Shown here: positions 24,575-34,945 of the stretch, one piece after another | Position numbering within the stretch: the first letter of the stretch is position 1 | Layout: each line of letters starts with the position of its first letter | From: Eledone cirrhosa | Taxonomy: Eukaryota | DNA: 64,000 nt | NCBI GenBank assembly: GCA_964016885.1 | Contig: OZ024742.1 | Span: 253,146,001 to 253,210,000 of the forward strand | Direction of reading: 5' to 3' | Translations under genes and position numbers: made by a program | Notes under the pieces: model-generated | The model's input: only the letters and a program-made list of their open reading frames with translations | Databases searched by the model: none | Told to the model about the DNA's origin: nothing

Positions 24575-26071
24575 TTATATGGGAAGATTATAGTTGTCAA
24601 GAGGATTGGAGGTATGGGTGGCGGAACTTGCCTGTAGAACAATAGGGGAGTGAGTGGAGCGGTCAAGCGTTGAAAGTGATATGTATACAGCAGATTCTAA
24701 GGATAGTGTATGAAGTGGAGGAGGGACGTTATAGAATAAGTAAACACCTATTGGGAAAATCTTCTTTAGACTCCTCGAAAAACACTTCCCACTACAACAC
24801 CGCTACCACAACATAATCAACAAAAGCACCATCAAACTCTCCTACAGCACCACACCTAACTTCGCACAAAACATTGTCTCCTCAAACAACAATAAACTCA
24901 ACCCCTATGGAAGAAATAACCTAGACATCAGTGGAGAGCCGACCAGGGGGTGTAACTGCCCTGATAGATCTACCTGCCCCCTCAACAACAAATGCCGAGA
25001 ACGTAACGTGATCTACCAGTGCAACGTGAGGACGGACACCTCCAACAAAGCTTATATAGGATTAACCGCGTGTGACTTCAAGACCCAACTCTACCAACAC
25101 CGACATACTTTCCGAAACCTGGTCCGGCGACATGCCACTACACTTTCGGGCCACATCTGGGACCTCGAAGATAATAATATAACCTACAATCTCACTTGGA
25201 GCTTACTGTTCAGAGCTAACTCTTACACGGGAGGACGCCGTCCGTGTAACTTATGCTCGGAGGAAACATTACAAATGCTGTTTTCGAAGGACCAATTCCT
25301 AAATAAGAAAGACAAACTGGTAACCGCATCCAAACACAGATTGCGTAGGACTTACCTCGCCCTCAAACCCCATAACGGTGGGTAGACAAGGGCTGATACT
25401 CCCCCCTCTTGCCGAATAAGTTAGGGGAAACCTCAGCTTACATAGGTATATGCATATCGTTTCTTTTCTTTTCCTCTTTGTCTTCTTCTTCCCCCTGTCT
25501 CATCCTATCACTTCCTTCCACCCCCTATTTTCTTCCTCGTCTGCTTTTCCCCTTTCGCCTAGCCCGATGCAGCCAATCGGGCCTCTGTAGCATCAGTTCC
25601 CCACCCCTGTAATTTTAAGATAGAATTGTCCGAATACGTTTTATTAACTACTTATAGCAGACGAGTTAAACCCCTTTAATTCTGTATCAGTTCTGGTACT
25701 ACTCAATTTCTACAAGTTTTTTCTATTCTCAACTTATTAACCTGTAATTGTAAGATAGCATTGTGATTTTTTTTTTATTCATTTCTCACTATCTAATTTT
25801 ATATATATATTTTTTATTTATTTTTATTTATTTCTATTATCTTTTATTGTCTCCTACTCTCATTCGATTTACTTATTCTATAACCTCCCTCCTCCACTTC
25901 ATACACTATCCTTAGAATCTGGTGTATACATATCACTTTCCATGCTTGACCGCTATTGTTCTACAGGCAAGTTCCGCCACCCCTACCTCCCACCAAATGC
26001 CATTATAGACTTATTTGTGTTTACAACAAATGTTAACCAATACTCTTGACAACTACAATCTTCCCATATCA

Positions 26072-26185
26072 GGAAGTACCCCCTTGACAATTCGGCTATT
26101 TATTCACCAGGCTAAAAATTCTAATTTAGTCCAGAAATAGCCGTCGAAACAGCTTGAGCTCAGACGTCGGGGTCATGCTTTTTCC
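26072..26185 (+). ncRNA. Type I hammerhead ribozyme, U3-A8 core variant, in the 3' pLTR
   Basis: cccc-TTGACAA (26084-26090), stem II cggctattt/aaatagccg, GAAA (26146-26149), GTC (26166-26168), gggg; stem III has mismatches in this copy. Confidence 0.65.
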
Positions 26186-26291
26186 TATTTACCACTCTAC
26201 TACCCTAAGTATTGAGTACTCTGGTGCGTTATGGTCCATCTGGTTCCTTACCACAATTCCTTTGTTTTATATATATATATATATATATATA

Positions 26292-26437
26292 TCATCATCA
26301 TCATCATCAGGTTTAGCGTCCGTGTTCCACGCTTGCATGGGTTTGGACGGGGGTTTTCCCACTTGAGGCAAGAGTGGTTGTCTTGCTCGCATAGGACTGT
26401 CTGGCGGGTTTTCTACAGTTGGATGCCCTTCCTAACA
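26292..26437 (-). mobile_element. SINE 3' part (family-B-related), same as 43795-43945
   Basis: Near-identical reverse complement of 43795-43945; (gat)n tail. Confidence 0.8.
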
Positions 26438-26461
26438 TAGATATATATATGTATTTATATA

Positions 26462-29400
26462 TCTATCTAAGGCGGGTAAAATTCCCGAGATCCATGGACG
26501 AGTTCTCTCCAGCGGTCTCTGTCCCTCATTATCGCTGCCATGTCCTGCATCTCCAACAGACCAGTGTCTGTCCTTAGGGCATCAACATATGTTAACCTTG
26601 GTCTTCCTTTTCTAGTGTGTCCATGTAGGGGCTCCCAAAGGAGTACTGAGTGCAATGTCAACTCTGGATGTCGGTGAGCATGTCCAGCTAACCTCAGTCT
26701 CCTCTGTGTCACTTTTGAGCTGACTCTTGGGATGCTCCCATACAGCTCTGAGTTTTTCATCCTCAGTGTATACTGATTAATGTTCAGAGCCATCCTCAGC
26801 ATTCTCGTGTAGCACCCATCCACCATCTGAGTGAGTTTCTTGGTCAGTGTCCAAGTCTCAGACCCATACAGCAGCACAGACTCCACTACAGCAATGAAGA
26901 GGCGGACTTTCAGGTCTCTACGAAGGTCCGACTTCCACACCGATCTCAAGCTGTGGCATGCCGCCCAGGCCTTGCTCTTCCTCTCAACCACATCATCTTC
27001 CGTATTCCCAATCTTTGCTCCCAAATACAGGAAGTCCTCAACCAATTCCAGCGGCTTCCCGCCTACATTAGTGATCCCCTCTGGCTTCTCAACATTCTCT
27101 ACCAGATATTTTGTTTTAGTCTCATTCATTCTCAGCCCCACCCTCATCGACACAGTCTCAACCTCCCGCATCAAATCCTCTGCCTCCTTCACTGTATTTG
27201 TCACCAAAACTATGTCGTCGGCAAATTCAGCATCCGATACCTTTTTCGCCTTAACTCTCCTGCTCTGAGCCGGTGCTACAGTAAAGCCAGAGACCTGGTG
27301 TTTCTCCAGTGCAAGGCGCATACAATAGTCCACTACGATGATAAAAAGGTAGAGAGCCAATGTATCTCCCTGGAGCACTCCAGCCAGTATCTCAAAGAAC
27401 TCTGTCATCCCATCAGGTGTAATGACTTGGGCTTTGGTGTTGGTGTAGAGCAGTAATATCAGGTCCACTATCTTCTTGGGGATTCTATAAGCCTGTAAGA
27501 TCTTCATCAGGCAGTAACGGTTCACAGAATCAAAGGCCTTCCTAAAGTCAATGAAAACCATGACCGCAGGAAGGCACTTTGCTCTAGCTCCCTCTAATAT
27601 CCTCCTCAGCATCAGGATGTGACTGGTGGTCGATCTACCCTCTCTGAAGCCGTTCTGGTTGTCCCTGAGCTTCTTCTCCATCTCAGGCTGGATCCTGTTA
27701 AGAATCATCCTGTTGAGGGTCTTTGCCACAAGTGACATCAGTGAGATCCCCCGGTAGTTGTTGGTGTTAGAGAGATCTCCCTTCTTTGGCACTGGGACGA
27801 TGTTACTGATCCTCCACTGATTCGGGGCAACTCCTTTCTCCAGTGCCCCGTTACAGAACCCCAGGATGATATCATCAAAATCACACCTCTTCATCACCTC
27901 TGATGCCACTCCATCTTCTCCATGAGCCTTGCCCTCCTTGATCCTCTTCTTGGCTCTCTGAAGCTCCTCTCTGGTGAAGGGCTCTGTCTCAACATCCAGT
28001 TCCTCAAATAGCTGCCTGATCTCCCCAGTGCTCTGGGCTGTGGAGGGTGGCTCTCCTAGTAGGGTCCTAAAATGGTCTAGCCATTTCTTCTTCCTATCCT
28101 CGGGCCCCGTTCCCTGGATCTGACTCGAACACCTTCTCTTCCTCCCTGTGATCTCGTTGATGATCATCCAGCTCTCCTTACATCCAGATCTGTCAACCGC
28201 TCTCTCCACACTTCTGATCTTCTCTATCAGTGCCTCCTCTCTGACCTCAGTGTAAGCGGTACAGAGCTCTTCCCTCATCACCTCCACAGTCTCCATCCTC
28301 TCCTCCGTAGGATCAGCATAGAATTGGTCCCTGGCAGCTTTCAGGTGTTCTCTGGCTGCACACACTTTTGGGTTTGCAGAGCTGACGTGCTTCCCTTTGT
28401 TCTTTTTCCTCGGCACCAGGGTTTCACTTGCTTCCGCCACTGCATTGGTGAAGTGCCCGTACCTCCTCGTCACACTCTCCTCAGTCCATCCAATCTCTCT
28501 CTCCTCTGACTCTCCACACAGAGCACTAAACCTGTTTCTCACTTCCACTGTGAACCTCTCCTGTAGCTTATCATCTTCCTTGAAAGCTCCCCAGTCATAG
28601 ATTGTTCTCCAGGGCTGAGCCTTGCTCTTTCTTAAGCTCACGCGGACCTCACTCATAACAAGCCGGTGGTCACTACCCAGTGTACTGAAATAGCTGTATG
28701 GTTCCGTGTTCAGAACACTATTCCGCCACTTTTTCCTCACCAGAATGAAATCAACCTGGGACTTGGACAGGTGCATATCTGAGATGTAGGTCCACATCTT
28801 CCCCAGATTCTTCCTAAACCCTAGGTTGGTCGCCATCAAGTTCGCCTCCAGCAGGGTGTCTCTCAGTAGTCTTCCATTTCGGTTGGTGTTGTTATGGAAG
28901 TACCAGCAAGGATCTTCACTGCCCTCCTTACTCAGATGTGCATTGAAGTCCCCCAAAACAAGCAGGATATTGTGTGCCTGAGTGGTGTTGACAGCTCTAC
29001 ACACCTCCTCATGGAACTCTTCCGCATTCACATCACTGTCTCCCTTGGTTGGACTATAGGCTGAGATGACTGTCAGTCTTGGGTTTCCATTGAAGGTCAC
29101 CCTCAACACTCGCGGGGAGATAGGCATTATTTCCCTCACCAACAGATTGGTTTTTGCACTGAACACAAAACCCACTCCTCCTACTGCAGCATTTGTTGTG
29201 TTCTTCACTGCCGATGTAGTGATGAGCTGGCTCTTCCTCCCAATTATCACACTCCTCACGGGCTCATCGTGTAGGATCCTGTGTTCTTGGATCGCGAGTA
29301 TCTGTATACCACTCTCCTCGAACAGATGGCCCAACTCCTCTCTCTTCCCCAGCGTCCGAATAGTCCTCACATTCAAAGTGCCCATTTTGATGGCTCTTCT

Positions 29401-29629
29401 GCAGGACAAAACTGCATTCTTTATATTTGTCTCAGAGACAGCTGATCCATCATCCACTGGCCCTCTCTGTGGCTCTAAGCCAGCAGAGTCATAACGACCA
29501 GGCTGCTCCTTGACTGTAATTAGGGGCTCTAACCCTAGTGCTGTTAGATCGACTCTCCATATTTCTTTTCAATGGCTGACAATACCTTACCGGCGCCACT
29601 TGAATAAGGTAGTTATTTACCCCATAAAT

Positions 29630-29632
<3 letters not shown>
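26462..29632 (-). mobile_element. Full-length RTE-clade LINE flanked by (TA)n
   Basis: Single APE-RT ORF, short 5'UTR, essentially no 3'UTR, (TA)n at both ends. Confidence 0.9.
26467..29457 (-). CDS. Intact 996-aa APE endonuclease-reverse transcriptase (RTE clade)
   Basis: GTLNVRT, AIQEHR, GDFNAH, SQVDFILV, SDHRLV; NYRGISL, QNGFREGRST, FIDFRKAFDSV, GVLQGDTL, FADDI, FLYLG, LLYGSETW, GRPRLTY; no stops. Confidence 0.95.
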   Translation of the reverse strand: MDDGSAVSETNIKNAVLSCRRAIKMGTLNVRTIRTLGKREELGHLFEESGIQILAIQEHRILHDEPVRSVIIGRKSQLITTSAVKNTTNAAVGGVGFVFSAKTNLLVREIMPISPRVLRVTFNGNPRLTVISAYSPTKGDSDVNAEEFHEEVCRAVNTTQAHNILLVLGDFNAHLSKEGSEDPCWYFHNNTNRNGRLLRDTLLEANLMATNLGFRKNLGKMWTYISDMHLSKSQVDFILVRKKWRNSVLNTEPYSYFSTLGSDHRLVMSEVRVSLRKSKAQPWRTIYDWGAFKEDDKLQERFTVEVRNRFSALCGESEEREIGWTEESVTRRYGHFTNAVAEASETLVPRKKNKGKHVSSANPKVCAAREHLKAARDQFYADPTEERMETVEVMREELCTAYTEVREEALIEKIRSVERAVDRSGCKESWMIINEITGRKRRCSSQIQGTGPEDRKKKWLDHFRTLLGEPPSTAQSTGEIRQLFEELDVETEPFTREELQRAKKRIKEGKAHGEDGVASEVMKRCDFDDIILGFCNGALEKGVAPNQWRISNIVPVPKKGDLSNTNNYRGISLMSLVAKTLNRMILNRIQPEMEKKLRDNQNGFREGRSTTSHILMLRRILEGARAKCLPAVMVFIDFRKAFDSVNRYCLMKILQAYRIPKKIVDLILLLYTNTKAQVITPDGMTEFFEILAGVLQGDTLALYLFIIVVDYCMRLALEKHQVSGFTVAPAQSRRVKAKKVSDAEFADDIVLVTNTVKEAEDLMREVETVSMRVGLRMNETKTKYLVENVEKPEGITNVGGKPLELVEDFLYLGAKIGNTEDDVVERKSKAWAACHSLRSVWKSDLRRDLKVRLFIAVVESVLLYGSETWTLTKKLTQMVDGCYTRMLRMALNINQYTLRMKNSELYGSIPRVSSKVTQRRLRLAGHAHRHPELTLHSVLLWEPLHGHTRKGRPRLTYVDALRTDTGLLEMQDMAAIMRDRDRWRELVHGSREFYPP

Positions 29633-29714
<82 letters not shown>

Positions 29715-30149
29715 CATATATATGCATATACATATATATGCGGTGCCCCAGCATGGCCTCAGCCGGATGGCTGAAACAGGTAAAAGAGTATATATGTATA
29801 TATAATTATCAAACTCGTGTTTTTACCTATCACTCATTGAGAGTTTCAGTACACCAGTGACAAATAACCTTCTGTTTCATATATGTCATCAACACCATCA
29901 TCATCATTTAACATCCATGATATATATATATAATATATGTACACCAATTTCCGTAACTTTTGGAGTTATTGGAGGTGGCGCTAATATTAGCACTCAATGC
30001 TAAAGCAGCTGTATAAATGATGCATAATAAGATGAAGTTTCACATGAATGTTTTTATAGATTATCGACCAATTACGTATGATTCACAGATGAATGGCTTA
30101 AGGCCCATATTTGTATTATAATATACATATATATTTAATCAACATAGGG

Positions 30150-30815
30150 AACCACTTCTGCCTTCTATTAATATTGCTGATCATACTCTTCAAGAGAGAA
30201 ACTCTATATGCCTTCTTGGTCTGACATTATCTAATGATTTGAGCTGGAATAATTATATCACACCGATTGTGATTTCTGTCATGTGTGAAACATTTTTCAA
30301 GCCTGAAAATATCTTATATCATTATGACTCTACTATTCATATTGAATACTCTAACCACATCTGATATGGTGCTTCTACCTTGCACCATGAGAGTCTAGAT
30401 AAGATCTAAAGAAGAATCATCAACATTATTCAACATTATTGGTCCTGACTTAGGTTGTTTTCAATCACTATCATACCATCGAAATGTTACTTCGTTTTGC
30501 TTTTTTTTATAAATATTTTCATGGGAATTCTTCTGATGAGCTTTCCTCTTTGTTTGCCCGTCTTCATGAGTTTAAACAGAGTACCAGATTAACAGCTAGG
30601 TCTCATCTATATACAGTTGAAGTTCCTAAATGCAATTGCAAATCTTATTCTGATAATTTTGTCCCTTGCACATCTTGCCTATGGAATTCTGACAATGACA
30701 ATTTTAAAAAATTCAAAAGTGTCATCAATCATCATATCCCTCTTTTCCTTTTCCCATCTCAGTAAACCCTAGCATTTTACTGGCTCTGTTGCCTTGTTTT
30801 GGGTTTGTAAATAAT
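30150..30815 (+). pseudogene. Decayed 3' end of a CR1/Jockey-group LINE
   Basis: LSNDLSWNNYI; FFYKYFHGNSSDELSSL..STRLTARSHLYTVEVPKC..NFVPCTSCLWNS. Confidence 0.6.
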
Positions 30816-30886
30816 ATATATATATATACATAAAAGATAAAATGAAGTTTCAATTTAATTTCTTTTTATTCTTCATGAAATATGAT

Positions 30887-30972
30887 GCATGTTTTGCAGA
30901 TGATGAAATGCACACAGGTATATATATATATATATATATACCTGTGTGCATTTCATCATCTGCAAAACATGC
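30887..30972. repeat. Perfect hairpin, ~33-bp arms around a (TA)n loop
   Basis: gcatgttttgcagatgatgaaatgcacacaggt / acctgtgtgcatttcatcatctgcaaaacatgc. Confidence 0.9.
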
Positions 30973-31001
30973 ATCATCTGCAAAACATGCATATATATAT
31001 A

Positions 31002-31448
31002 TCTATCTAAGGCGGGTAAAATTCCCGAGATCCATGGACGAGTTCTCTCCAGCGGTCTCTGTCCCTCATTATCGCTGCCATGTCCTGCATCTCCAACAGA
31101 CCAGTGTCTGTCCTTAGGGCATCAACATACGTTAACCTTGGTCTTCCTCTTCTAGTGTGTCCATGTAGGGGATCCCAAAGGAGTACTGAGTGCAATGTCA
31201 ACTCTGGATGTCAGTGAGCATGTCCAGCTAACCTCAGTCTTCTCTGTGTCACTTTTGAGCTGACTTTTGGGATGTTCCCATACAGCTCTGAGTTTTTCAT
31301 CCTCAGTGTATACTGATTAATGTTCAGAGCCATCCTCACCATTCTCGTGTAGCACCCATCCACCATCTGAGTGAGTTTCTTGGTCAGTGTCCAAGTCTCA
31401 GACCCATACAGCAGCACAGACTCCACTACAGCAATGAAGAGGCGGATT
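31002..31448 (-). mobile_element. 5'-truncated copy of the intact RTE LINE
   Basis: Near-identical to 26462-26908; one premature stop at 31211. Confidence 0.95.
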
Positions 31449-31466
31449 TTCATATATAGTGGCAAT

Positions 31467-32615
31467 GTATTTGTTTTGAAAAGTTTTTGATATAAAATCA
31501 TGTGTTGAAACAGATATTGATATATTTAGGGAGGGTCATGTTGTCCTAATATTGCCCCCCAAAATAGTAAAACGCACTCACTGCTTAGTTTGGCTTTCGC
31601 TTCAGTTTCAGTATATTTTTTTTCATATTTCCATAAATAATTTAGCTGGCAATCAATGTTTATCAATGATTGACCAACAGTTAAAAAAAAAAATAATTAT
31701 AATTTCTCAAAGTTCTTTTGTCACACATTTCTGTGACATCTTCAGTGATTATTGCTGTGTTTTCTCCCGTTGTGTTTCTATAACTTTTTTGGTTGTCTCT
31801 GTTTGTGCATGTGTTTGTGTGAATGTATTCTGTTTGGCGTGTGCTTGTGTATTTGTGTCTGAGTCTGCGTGTGTTTATGTGTTTATATTCTATCTTTGGC
31901 CACTAGTGTGTGTTTGTGTGTGGTTGTAGCTATTCCACTCATGTTTTCTGTTCAGCCTAGGTTTTCTAAAAAGAAAACCCAGTACTATATGAACATGCCA
32001 GACTAAAACATGATTGTAAAATAGACAACATAGAAGTTAAAATAATATCTAAACATAGGAATGACTCGACACTTAGACCAATTAGGGAGGCTAAAGAAAT
32101 AGAATTAAGAAAACCTAGGCTAAACAGAAAACATGAGTGGAATAGCTACAGCCATACACAAACACACACTAGGGATCAAAGATAGAATATAAATATACAC
32201 AGATACAATAACAATACCCACACGTCAACACACACTAGTGACCAAAGAAAGACTATAAACACATAAATGCATGCAGACTCAGACATGAAACATGAGCTTA
32301 CACCAAACAGAATACATGTACACAAATGCATGCAAAACCAAAGATACCTAAACAAAGTTATAGAAACACAACAACGGGAAACACAGCGATAATCACTTAA
32401 GATATTACATAAATGTGTGACGAAAGAACTTTGAGAAATTATATTCATATATATATATTTTAACTGTTGGTCAATCAGTGATAAATATTGATTGCCAGCT
32501 AAATTATTTATGGAAATATAAAAAAATATGTTGAAACTGAAGCGGTAACCAAACCAAACAGTGAGTGTGTTTTACTATTTTTTTGGCAATACTAGGACAT
32601 GACTCTCCCCAATTA
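31467..32615. mobile_element. Fold-back (inverted dimer) of a non-coding repeat, arms ~31527-31968 and ~32108-32612; relative at 62841-63332
   Basis: The arms are diverged reverse complements around a ~140-bp spacer; each carries a decayed HHR-like CTGAAGA-gtcaca/tgtgac-GAAA motif. Confidence 0.85.
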
Positions 32616-32812
32616 TAACAATACATATATGTATATATGTATATATATAATATTCTATGTCTATATTCACATATATATCGCTATTTCAGAGCATTTATTC
32701 CAATTTCTAATTTCTGCCGGACCGGCAACCGCTCTTTCAAACCAGTTCCTGTACACAGCTAAGTATTCTATAAGTCTCTAGCTGTGTCATTCTCGATAAA
32801 AGCACTGGATAT

Positions 32813-32855
32813 GTAGTCCTGATGATTTCTAACAAGAATGAAACGCGTAGATTAC
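32813..32855 (+). ncRNA. Minimal type I hammerhead ribozyme
   Basis: gtagtc-CTGATGA-tttctaacaagaat-GAAA-cgcg-TA-gattac; stem I gtagtc/gattac extended by a 16-bp helix attctcgataaaagca/tgcttttatcgagaat; palindromic stem III. Confidence 0.9.
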
Positions 32856-33122
32856 TTCCCTTGCTTTTATCGAGAATCTAATTGTAATACGTGACGTATT
32901 CTATTCTATAGCGATTAGGTCTTCAAAATGTTTATTATAAACATACAGAATATTTTCGAATATTCTATGTCTATATTCACATATATATCGCTATTTCAGA
33001 GCATTTATTCCAATTTCTAATTTCTGCCGGACCGGCAACCGCTCTTTCAAACCAGTTCCTGTACACAGCTAAGTATTCTATAAGTCTCTAGCTGTGTCAT
33101 TCTCGATAAAAGCACTGGATAT

Positions 33123-33165
33123 GTAGTCCTGATGATTTCTAACAAGAATGAAACGCGTAGATTAC
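33123..33165 (+). ncRNA. Minimal type I hammerhead ribozyme (second unit)
   Basis: Identical to 32813-32855, shifted by 310 bp. Confidence 0.9.
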
Positions 33166-33367
33166 TTCCCTTGCTTTTATCGAGAATCTAATTGTAATAC
33201 GTGACGTATTCTATTCTATAGCGATTAGGTCTTCAAAATGTTTATTATAAACATACAGAATATTTTCGAATATTCTATGTCTATATATATATATATGTTT
33301 ATCCCAGGTTCAATTAGGGGTAACCACAGTAAGTAAGGTACTCAATACATAGCATAGTATAAATATT

Positions 33368-33450
33368 TAATATAGAAATGGCTTCTACAGGACTAGATGA
33401 TTTCCTTCGAATGAAACGGTTCTAGTCCTATAGAAGCCATTTCTATATTA
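33368..33450 (+). repeat. 30-bp-arm hairpin enclosing a hammerhead-like core remnant
   Basis: taatatagaaatggcttctacaggactaga / tctagtcctatagaagccatttctatatta (1 mismatch) around (GA)TGA-tttccttcgaat-GAAA-cggt-TC. Confidence 0.7.
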
Positions 33451-34256
33451 TATATATATTTAAATTGGCACTACTGATGCCACAATAAAATACACTTAGC
33501 CCACACTGTAAAGTGATAGTACTGATACCATGGTAAATGGACCCAGGCCACTCTGTAAAATGGTAGTGCTGGGGTCACAAGAAAGCTCTCAGTTCACCTT
33601 GTTATATGCTAATGGCAGTGTTACAATAAAATGCACCTGATACATGCTATGAAGAGGTTGTTGTTAGGAAGAGCAGCCAGTCAGAAACCTCACTAGAATG
33701 GAATGTATGAGTGAGATGTAGTCATCTGACTTGTCTGACATCAGAATGTAACAACCCACCTAACCTTTGCAAGTATGGAAAATAGAAATAAATTATTGAT
33801 ATACATACTCATAGAGAGAGAGAGAATGAGGTAGAGAAAAATGTGCTGCTATAGTGTTTAAAATATTTAAGTGAAACATATTTACTTTACCTCTCTTTGT
33901 ACATGTGTGTGTGCACAGAGTGAAAGAGAGAGGGAGAGGGAGTGATATATATATATATATATATATAGACAGAGAGAGAGAGAGAGAGAGATGCTATGGA
34001 GGTAGTACATTATACAAAGGGGATTTTGAAGTCATTTATTAGGAAGTAATTGTATTTTTTCTTCTGTGCTTAAATAAGCACTTTCTCTGTTACTATGACT
34101 GTTTTAGCTCTGCAACATCCATTTCCCGCGCTACATAGATATTTAACAAGTAAGGTGTTAAAGAAAACAATAGAAAGAATATTGAATATATGAAATGAAG
34201 ATTAGGTTCACAATATCTTTTGTTGTTGAAAATACTGTGTACCTAAAAATCATTAA

Positions 34257-34495
34257 CCCTTTCATTACCATATTTCCAATGAAAGACACTGCCTACGATG
34301 TTCAAATCATTTTTTAAATAATCAAGAATTTGGAGTAATTTAGTAATATAACTAACTTTCTCATTATTAAGTTTGTATTTGGAACATAACTTAACAAAGG
34401 TTCTTATATTAAATTATAAAAGAAGGTTTTTAAATGAATATAAATACTTGAAAATAAATACCAAGGGCATTTCAGATAGTTTGGTATCAAAGGGG
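34257..34495. mobile_element. piggyBac-like MITE with TTAA TSD
   Basis: TTAA|ccctttcattacca ... tggtatcaaagggg|TTAA. Confidence 0.7.
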
Positions 34496-34509
34496 TTAAT
34501 ACTATGTGT

Positions 34510-34945
34510 AAGTATTCTTAGTACTAATTCTTACAACTGGTGCCTCTGCTGACAACAAAGTGCTTCTCTTTCAGACTGTACAATGCCTCTAGGAAAACTG
34601 CTAAACATAGCCTTGACTTCAGAAGACCTGAGAAGGTTAGAAATAAATAAAGTGAGTATGCTCTGAAAGATATGTAACATTAGTATGCATAAACAACGTA
34701 GCATAAGCGAATTGACAGAAAAACTTGGCATAAGAAGTGAAAGTAGTGTGCAAGAGAGAAGACTGCATTGTATGGACATATGATGCATTTGGAAGTTGAC
34801 AGCTGTTTAAAGAAGTGCAGGGAATTTCAAGTGGATGGGAGGGACTCATGAAAGAGGTAGACATAGGATGAAGTAGTGAAAACTGATCTTAGGAAGCTGA
34901 ATCTCATAATAGAGTTGACAAAGGACTTGATTAGAAGACTTGCCT
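34510..34945 (+). pseudogene. Old RTE LINE 3' fragment
   Basis: Decayed LVPLLTTK..EDLRRLEINKVSML..EKLGIRS..VQERRLHCMD, homologous to the C-terminus of ORF 15865-17028. Confidence 0.75.

Larger units (their letters stand above)
24460..26262 (+). mobile_element. 5'-truncated Naiad-type Penelope-like element with an inverted partial pLTR at its 5' end
   Basis: 24745-25385 encodes FFRLLEKHFP..IKLSYSTTPN, CNC..CPLNNKC..VIYQC..YIGLT..CNLCSEE (GIY-YIG); 24460-24744 is an inverted copy of parts of 25868-26185. Confidence 0.9.
32649..33286 (+). mobile_element. Exact 310-bp tandem dimer with one hammerhead per unit (non-LTR retrozyme-like)
   Basis: tattctatgtctatat at 32651, 32961 and 33271; the units look identical; flanked by (TA)n. 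Confidence 0.9.
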
